Assembly (NCBI GenBank): GCA_043822785.1
Contig: JBDRBN010000121.1
Coordinates: forward strand, 1 to 11,815
Direction: 5' to 3'
DNA: 11,815 nt
Origin: Pseudomonadota bacterium
GTDB lineage: Bacteria > UBA10199 > 2-02-FULL-44-16 > JAAZCA01
Position 1 is the stretch's first letter. The number at the start of each line of letters is the position of its first letter. A model generated the notes under the pieces. That model was given only the letters and a program-made list of their open reading frames with translations. It was not told the origin of the DNA and did not search any database. Shown here piece after piece: positions 6,882-11,815 of the stretch. The translations under genes were made by a program, and so were the position numbers.

Positions 6882-7358
6882 TCAGCCAGACAACCCAAAA
6901 GCTTCATGCAGTACTCTAACTGCGAGTTCTGCGTACTTGATATCTATAACAATTGAGACCTTAATCTCTGATGTGCCGATCATCTGTATGGCAATGCCCT
7001 CGCGTGCAAGTGCATCAAACATGCGGTGCGCAACTCCTGCATGGCTTCTCATCCCTAAGCCCACCACCGAAACCTTGGCAATATCGCCTGCCGCCTCTAC
7101 CCTGCCCGCCTTTACTTCGCGCGCAGCTGCCTCTGCCAAAGTCATGGCCTTTCTCAGATCATCCTTGGGCACTGTGAAGGTGAGGTCTGTAAAGCCATCT
7201 GCTGACACGTTTTGGATTATGAGATCCACATCTATGCCGGCTTTTGCAATAGGCGCAAAGATCTGCGCTGTAACACCCACCTTATCCGGCACCCGACGGA
7301 TAGCCACCTTTGACTCGCCGGTTGTGCAGGTGATTCCAGATACCACAGTTCCTTCCAT
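6882..7358 (-). CDS. lysC: Aspartokinase beta (regulatory ACT) subunit from an internal in-frame start, 158 aa
   Basis: GAGGAGGAG (7370-7362), then ATC, then ATG (7358) at Met247 (EEEI-MEGTVVSGI), at the kinase/ACT boundary where alpha2beta2 aspartokinases start the beta chain. Confidence 0.65.
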   Translation of the reverse strand: MEGTVVSGITCTTGESKVAIRRVPDKVGVTAQIFAPIAKAGIDVDLIIQNVSADGFTDLTFTVPKDDLRKAMTLAEAAAREVKAGRVEAAGDIAKVSVVGLGMRSHAGVAHRMFDALAREGIAIQMIGTSEIKVSIVIDIKYAELAVRVLHEAFGLSG

Positions 7359-8096
7359 GATCTCCTCCTCAGGCACAACCCACGTGCCTTGCCCATCAGT
7401 AAAGGATGAGCGCACGATAAGCGGAATACGATAGCGCGCTGCTATCTCCACGCACCTCGAGTGCAAAACCCTGGCGCCTGCGTTAGCAAGCTCCATCATC
7501 TCTTCGTATGTGATGCGCGGCAACAATCTTGCGTTGGAACAAATGCGCGGGTCTGCAGTGTGCACGCCTTCTACGTCTGTGAATATCTCGCAATGATCTG
7601 CACCAAGGGCTGCCGCCAAGGCCACGGCGCTTGTGTCTGAGCCGCCTCGACCAATTGTTGTTATTGCGCCGTGTTTTGATGCGCCCTGAAACCCTGCTAC
7701 CACCGCAACTTTTCCCGCCTCAAGCGCCATTTTGACCCGTTCTGGTTCGATTTTTTCTATGCGCGCCCTGCCGTGATTTGCATCTGTGTAGATGCCTGCC
7801 TGAAAGCCGAGAAATGATTCGGTCTCGACGCCCAGCTCACCCAGTGCCAGACAGAGCAGCGCAACGCTTGCCTGCTCGCCTGTGGCCATGAGCAGATCAA
7901 GTTCTCTGGCGCCAGGTTGTGCTGAAATCTCTTGGGCTTGAGCTATAAGTCTATCGGTCTGACCACAAGCTGCAGAAACAACGACAGCTATCTTGTTGCC
8001 GGCTCTTTTTGCATCAGCAACGCGTTTAGCAACAATCTTTATGCGGGCCGCATCGCCTACCGATGTGCCGCCGTATTTGTGAACGATTGTTTTCAT
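6882..8096 (-). CDS. lysC: Aspartate kinase (monofunctional; kinase domain plus two ACT domains), 404 aa
   Basis: Motifs HKYGGTSV, VVVSA, TGEQAS, VAGFQG, TTIGRGGSDTSAVALAAAL, IFTDVEGVHTADPR, EEMMELA, KVSVVGLGMRSHAGVA, TSEIKVS and LHEAFGL. Confidence 0.98.
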   Translation of the reverse strand: MKTIVHKYGGTSVGDAARIKIVAKRVADAKRAGNKIAVVVSAACGQTDRLIAQAQEISAQPGARELDLLMATGEQASVALLCLALGELGVETESFLGFQAGIYTDANHGRARIEKIEPERVKMALEAGKVAVVAGFQGASKHGAITTIGRGGSDTSAVALAAALGADHCEIFTDVEGVHTADPRICSNARLLPRITYEEMMELANAGARVLHSRCVEIAARYRIPLIVRSSFTDGQGTWVVPEEEIMEGTVVSGITCTTGESKVAIRRVPDKVGVTAQIFAPIAKAGIDVDLIIQNVSADGFTDLTFTVPKDDLRKAMTLAEAAAREVKAGRVEAAGDIAKVSVVGLGMRSHAGVAHRMFDALAREGIAIQMIGTSEIKVSIVIDIKYAELAVRVLHEAFGLSG

Positions 8097-8105
8097 GCAG
8101 CGCAG

Positions 8106-8134
8106 ATCCTGTAATTACTTGGATTTTATGTCAA
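8106..8134 (-). promoter_or_regulatory. Putative lysC promoter giving a near-leaderless mRNA
   Basis: Perfect TTGACA (8134-8129), 17-nt spacer, weak -10 CAGGAT (8111-8106), then 9 nt to the ATG. No SD is present. Confidence 0.45.
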
Positions 8135-8149
8135 TGGATTTAATGCAGC

Positions 8150-8239
8150 TGTCATTGCGAGTGAAACGAAGCAATCCCCTTAAAATCACGGGGATCGCCA
8201 CGTCCCCGCCAAGAACCCTGGCGGGTCCTCGCGATGACA
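8150..8239. repeat. TGTC-tagged REP-like inverted doublet between the divergent lysC and TPR genes
   Basis: TGTCATTGCGAGTGAAACGAAGCAATCCC, spacer, then GGGATCGCCACGTC-CCCGCCA...TGGCGGG-TCCTCGCGATGACA. Confidence 0.9.
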
Positions 8240-8293
8240 ATCCGTTGATGCCCTGCTTGCCTTTCTCGCTTGTCTCGCTTATACATCATCCCC

Positions 8294-9052
8294 ATGAAAC
8301 TCAAATATCTATTGTGCCTAGCCTTAGTTTTAATCTCCTTTTCTGCTTTTGCTGATCCCACCACAAAGGACGATTACAACATCTACCTAAAATCAGGCCA
8401 TCATGACAAAGCGTGGGACGAGTGGATAAAACCTGGGTTTGAATCGTTTGACGAGGGCAATTTTGCCACTGCCGGCATATTCCTAAGTAAAGCATATGAC
8501 AAAGGATGTCGTGATCCCATGGTGCTGTTTAGGCTGGGCATATACCTAGAAAGCCGTGGCAAAACCAAAGAAGCAGCAGAAATGCTAGATGAGGCTGCAA
8601 AGGGCGCAAAAGAACGTTATCCCGAACATCCGCTTGTAAAAGCCATCAACAGGCACGCGGGCCGCGCTCTTTTCAAGGTCGATGACTACAAGGCCGCACT
8701 GCCTTATCTTAATGAGGCGTTAAAATATGAGCCTAATGACTTTATGCTCCTTCTCATTGCAGGCCAGATAGAGAGGATGGAAAATAATAAGCCCCAAGCT
8801 CTCGTGCTATTTGAGCGCGCGCTCGCAGCAGACGCTCCGGAAGGCGTAACTCCCGATCCAAAAACAACGGTGTTGGGCGAGCTCATCATACTAACTTTTG
8901 ATCTTAAGGATTTTGATGCATGCCGGAAGTATATTGATGAAGCGCTTAAGCTTGATGCAAAGCACAAGGTGGCAACGACATATAAATCTAAGATTGTAGA
9001 GCAGCAACAACGCCAGAAAGAATTGGAGATAATTAAAAAAATTGTAGAGTAA
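8294..9052 (+). CDS. Secreted tetratricopeptide-repeat (TPR) protein, 252 aa
   Basis: ATG 8294 gives a clean signal peptide MKLKYLLCLALVLISFSAFA, so it is preferred over TTG 8270. TPR-like helices include LFRLGIYLESRGKTKEAAEMLDEA, AGRALFKVDDYKAALPYLNEALKYEPND and CRKYIDEALKLDAKH. Confidence 0.85.
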   Translation: MKLKYLLCLALVLISFSAFADPTTKDDYNIYLKSGHHDKAWDEWIKPGFESFDEGNFATAGIFLSKAYDKGCRDPMVLFRLGIYLESRGKTKEAAEMLDEAAKGAKERYPEHPLVKAINRHAGRALFKVDDYKAALPYLNEALKYEPNDFMLLLIAGQIERMENNKPQALVLFERALAADAPEGVTPDPKTTVLGELIILTFDLKDFDACRKYIDEALKLDAKHKVATTYKSKIVEQQQRQKELEIIKKIVE

Positions 9053-9058
9053 AACGCA

Positions 9059-9137
9059 TGTCATTGCGAGGAGCGCTAGCGACGAAGCAATCTCCTGATC
9101 TACGGAGATTGCTTCGGGCTTCGCCCTCGCAATGACA
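9059..9137. repeat. TGTC-tagged REP-like inverted doublet with flanking direct repeat
   Basis: TGTCATTGCGAGGAGCGCTAGCGACGAAGCAATCTCC...GGAGATTGCTTCGGGCTTCGCCCTCGCAATGACA, with ACGCA on both sides. Confidence 0.9.
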
Positions 9138-9148
9138 ACGCATGGGAT

Positions 9149-9184
9149 AAAAACAGCCCCGGGAAGCCGAAGCTAACCCGGGGC
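9149..9184 (-). terminator. Rho-independent terminator between convergent genes
   Basis: GCCCCGGG (9156-9163) pairs with CCCGGGGC (9177-9184); TGTTTTT follows on the minus strand. Confidence 0.7.
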
Positions 9185-9212
9185 CTTTGGGGGAGCTATC
9201 TAACCCTCTATC

Positions 9213-11813
9213 TCAAGCAGAGGTCTTGCGCCTTCTTAACAACCTTACAGCCGCAATCATCAGACCAAGCAAGTAGAAGACACTTGTTGGTGCTGCTGCA
9301 CTCTGTGTTCCGACTAGCGAACAACCCTCGCGTCCGGTGGTCGCGCGATTGAGGTTATCAGCAGGATTGAAGTAGCCACCTTGCATCATTTCCTCATAGT
9401 CGCTGATGCCGTCCATATCAGAGTCTGGGCTGCGCGGATCAGTTTCAAGGTAGCGGCCATCAACATCCTGGTCACGCACACCGTTGCAGTTTAGATCCTC
9501 GCCCATTCCACTGGATGCTACCCAGCCGTCCGGCAGTCCGTCACCATCAGTGTCAGAGCTGCGCGCGTCGGTCTCGGTGCCCATGTTGTACTGGCCGTTG
9601 AGGTTTGAATCTTCGATGCCGTCCAGTATGCAATCGCTGTCTGTGTCGGTATTTGTCGGATCCGTGCCATAGCGAAGCTCAAGGCCGTCGGAGAGTCCAT
9701 CCATATCAGTATCGAATCCGTCAGGTATGCCATCGCCATTGGTATCAATACCAGGGTTGGTCTCGCCCAGGCTCGGCTCATAGATACCGTTATGGTTGGC
9801 ATCTTCTATTCCATCCCATACTCCGTCACCATCGGTATCAGGATTATTGGGATTGGTGCCGAGCATGATCTCAAGGCCATCGCTTAGCCCGTCGCTGTCG
9901 GAGTCAACGCCCATGGCCGTAGAGCCACTCTCGCTGCCAACGCAGTTTGGATCAGCATTGAGACGGCAACCAGGCAACTCGTCCTTGTCGTGCTTGCTGT
10001 CGCCGTCAGAGTCGATCATACATGGGTTGGAATCGAAGTATGTGATGACTGATCCGTTGTACTCCTCGTTGTCTTTCAGGCCGTCGCCGTCAGAATCTGT
10101 GGCAACAGGGCTTGATGCATGCGGTATGCCACCCTGGCCCCAGATCAACGGGTCGCCGATGAGCGTCATGAAGTTAGACGGGCTCATGATCGAACCTGCA
10201 ATCTCCATGCTATCGCTAAGGCCGTCGCCATCCGTGTCAGCGTACCTGGGATCAGTGTCGCTTGTTACGCCGGCCTGACAGCCCTGTCCCTCCTGAAGCG
10301 TGATCGCGATGAGCAAGTTCGCGTCGCGGTCTTCTTCTTTGTCGAGCATGCCGTCGGCATCAGTATCAGCCGCGTTCGGATTGGTCCTGTATGGCCAGCC
10401 GTTTACTTCGGTAAAGTCTTCAAGAGAATCTGCATCAGTGTCAACGTTTAGCGGGTCACTCTCAGACTTAATGATCCCCTCAATGCCAAGTATGGGCGCT
10501 GCAACCTGACCGTTCATGTCAAGGTCTTCCTCGCAATCGCGCAATGCATCGCCATCGCGATCGATGAAGCAGGCCAGTATCTTCTGAATCGCGCCTGTCG
10601 TATAGATCTGGCGCGCGTTACAGGAGTAGTTGGAAGTTACGCCGTTGAACGCATCTGACTGCGATGAACTGGCAGCAGTGAACGGACATACGTCAGAGTC
10701 GCCGCCTTCCATGCCATCCACCAGGCCGTCGCCGTCAGTATCTTTCTTATAAGGATCAAGGTATTTAATCTGCGAGCCTGATGCGCACTTGCCATCTGTG
10801 CGCTCCACGCAATCGGGTATGCCGTCCTTATCGATATCTGAACATGACTGCAAAATAAGCTGCCAGTTAGGACGCGTGAACTCTACGCCCGTATCCGGAT
10901 CGGTCTCGGTCACAGTCTGCTCAAACAGGTCAGGTGTGCCGTTTGTGTTTTCGTCCTTCATCGAGAGTGTACCGCCAGTTTCAACGACCCATTCTGACGC
11001 GTTGGTCTTCATGTACTCGAGTACCTCGTTCTCAAGACACGCTGGGCTACACTGGTTAGTAGGACTAGCTTTCTCAGGGCAACCGTCGTTTAGCCACAGC
11101 GGGTTGTCCATAGTGTGCGTGCTGTTGTGGTCAACGTCAAAACATTTCCCGCTGCTGATGACGCTTGTGAACTTATCGACCTCAGCGCAACCAGGTCCTT
11201 CATGGTCGCACACGCAGTCTTCGTCAGTGTCTGGCGTATGAAGATCCGTCTCGCCCAGACCCTTGTCATACTTACCGTTATAGTTGTGATTCGCTACAAC
11301 CGATTTGTTCACACAAGCCAAGATGAAAAAGCCCTGGCCATCTTCGAGCGAGAAGTTGTTGAACATGTTGTACTCTTGAGGCACGTCGATGTAGGTGGAT
11401 GGAACGGTTTCGTCTTGGCTTACTGTTCCGCTAGCCTTGAAGATGCCCCAGTAGATACCGGTGTTCTGCGCATCCTGGCCCCATTTGCTAAGGTCGCACT
11501 CCGCCGTCTCTCCATTGGAGTCAGGATAAGGCTGAAGGTTTAAGCTGTCATACTTGTAGAAGTATGCTTTTGCATAGCGGTTAAAGAGCCTTGAGCGATC
11601 TTCCTGTCCGTCGTTCAGGCCGTCATTATCGCTGTCCACGTCTTGCACATCAGGTATCTTATCGCTTGCTCCTGAAGAAGTATATGAGCCGTCAGTATTC
11701 ACAGCAACAACTATGCGATCTGCCTCAGGCTCGCTGCCATCCATATCCACATATGCGCTCCAGTCCAGCGCTATACCTGTCTTATCCATGCTATCCTGGC
11801 CATCAGGTATGCC
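9213..11813 (-). CDS. Large cell-surface protein with many TSP3-like Ca-binding (DxDxDG) repeats and a Cys-containing C-terminal sorting signal; partial, starts beyond the right edge
   Basis: The frame stays open upstream of ATG 11789 (GIPDGQDS-MDK), so the true start is outside the window. Repeats include DSDSDGLSDGLEIMLGTNPNNPDTDGDG and EDANHNGIYEPSLGETNP. C-terminus is EGCSLVGTQSAAAPTS-VFYLLGLMIAAV-RLLRRRKTSA. Confidence 0.88.
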   Translation of the reverse strand, partial: GIPDGQDSMDKTGIALDWSAYVDMDGSEPEADRIVVAVNTDGSYTSSGASDKIPDVQDVDSDNDGLNDGQEDRSRLFNRYAKAYFYKYDSLNLQPYPDSNGETAECDLSKWGQDAQNTGIYWGIFKASGTVSQDETVPSTYIDVPQEYNMFNNFSLEDGQGFFILACVNKSVVANHNYNGKYDKGLGETDLHTPDTDEDCVCDHEGPGCAEVDKFTSVISSGKCFDVDHNSTHTMDNPLWLNDGCPEKASPTNQCSPACLENEVLEYMKTNASEWVVETGGTLSMKDENTNGTPDLFEQTVTETDPDTGVEFTRPNWQLILQSCSDIDKDGIPDCVERTDGKCASGSQIKYLDPYKKDTDGDGLVDGMEGGDSDVCPFTAASSSQSDAFNGVTSNYSCNARQIYTTGAIQKILACFIDRDGDALRDCEEDLDMNGQVAAPILGIEGIIKSESDPLNVDTDADSLEDFTEVNGWPYRTNPNAADTDADGMLDKEEDRDANLLIAITLQEGQGCQAGVTSDTDPRYADTDGDGLSDSMEIAGSIMSPSNFMTLIGDPLIWGQGGIPHASSPVATDSDGDGLKDNEEYNGSVITYFDSNPCMIDSDGDSKHDKDELPGCRLNADPNCVGSESGSTAMGVDSDSDGLSDGLEIMLGTNPNNPDTDGDGVWDGIEDANHNGIYEPSLGETNPGIDTNGDGIPDGFDTDMDGLSDGLELRYGTDPTNTDTDSDCILDGIEDSNLNGQYNMGTETDARSSDTDGDGLPDGWVASSGMGEDLNCNGVRDQDVDGRYLETDPRSPDSDMDGISDYEEMMQGGYFNPADNLNRATTGREGCSLVGTQSAAAPTSVFYLLGLMIAAVRLLRRRKTSA

Positions 11814-11815
11814 GT

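Noticed and set aside
6279..6919. Short ORFs 6279-6539 (-) and 6704-6919 (+), and likewise 8095-8355 and 8152-8364
   Set aside because: They are largely translations of REP sequence (VIARSPKGDVAI, IASSEAIS, SLRVKRSNP) or of the out-of-frame lysC fragment, and they lack an RBS.
6341..6929. Diversity-generating retroelement TR/VR pair
   Set aside because: Mismatches between the copies are not adenine-specific (they include C/T, G/T and G/C), no reverse transcriptase is present, and the target would be a housekeeping enzyme tail.
586..9137. CRISPR array or integron attC array
   Set aside because: The repeats are dispersed and come in inverted pairs without regular spacers. There are no cas or intI genes and no RYYYAAC/GTTRRRY ends.
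1318..11543. Remaining antisense and alternate-frame ORFs overlapping the long genes
   Set aside because: These are shadow ORFs fully inside well-supported CDSs. The Ser/Pro-rich ones mirror the Asp-Gly repeats.
11787..11789. ATG 11789 as the start of the TSP3-repeat protein
   Set aside because: The frame is open to the window edge with another repeat (GIPDG), and this ATG gives no signal peptide.

Overview
An 11.8-kb bacterial window, probably from a delta-proteobacterial-type lineage (Myxococcota/Bdellovibrionota-like; inferred from the sorting signals and repeat types). It holds five real genes. (1) A minus-strand exported outer-membrane beta-barrel-type gene at 2-502 that runs off the left edge and is missing from the ORF track; it resembles myxobacterial OmpA/TraB-type proteins. 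(2) A 1786-aa secreted surface protein with FG-GAP-like motifs, myxobacterial-type Cys-rich repeats and a MYXO-CTERM-like anchor, preceded by a consensus sigma-54 promoter. (3) Aspartokinase lysC with an internal beta-subunit start. (4) A secreted TPR protein. (5) The 3' part of a large TSP3-like Ca-binding repeat protein with a Cys-containing C-terminal anchor. Every intergenic gap carries a TGTC-tagged palindromic REP-like element (7 loci, 12 hairpin units) with compensatory base changes; one unit sits in-frame inside the giant protein. Downstream of lysC, a collinear 452-bp-offset duplication of the lysC 3' end plus its REP brackets a ~320-bp cassette containing a promoter, a structured RNA and a broken small ORF. 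All family assignments are by eye, without database searches.
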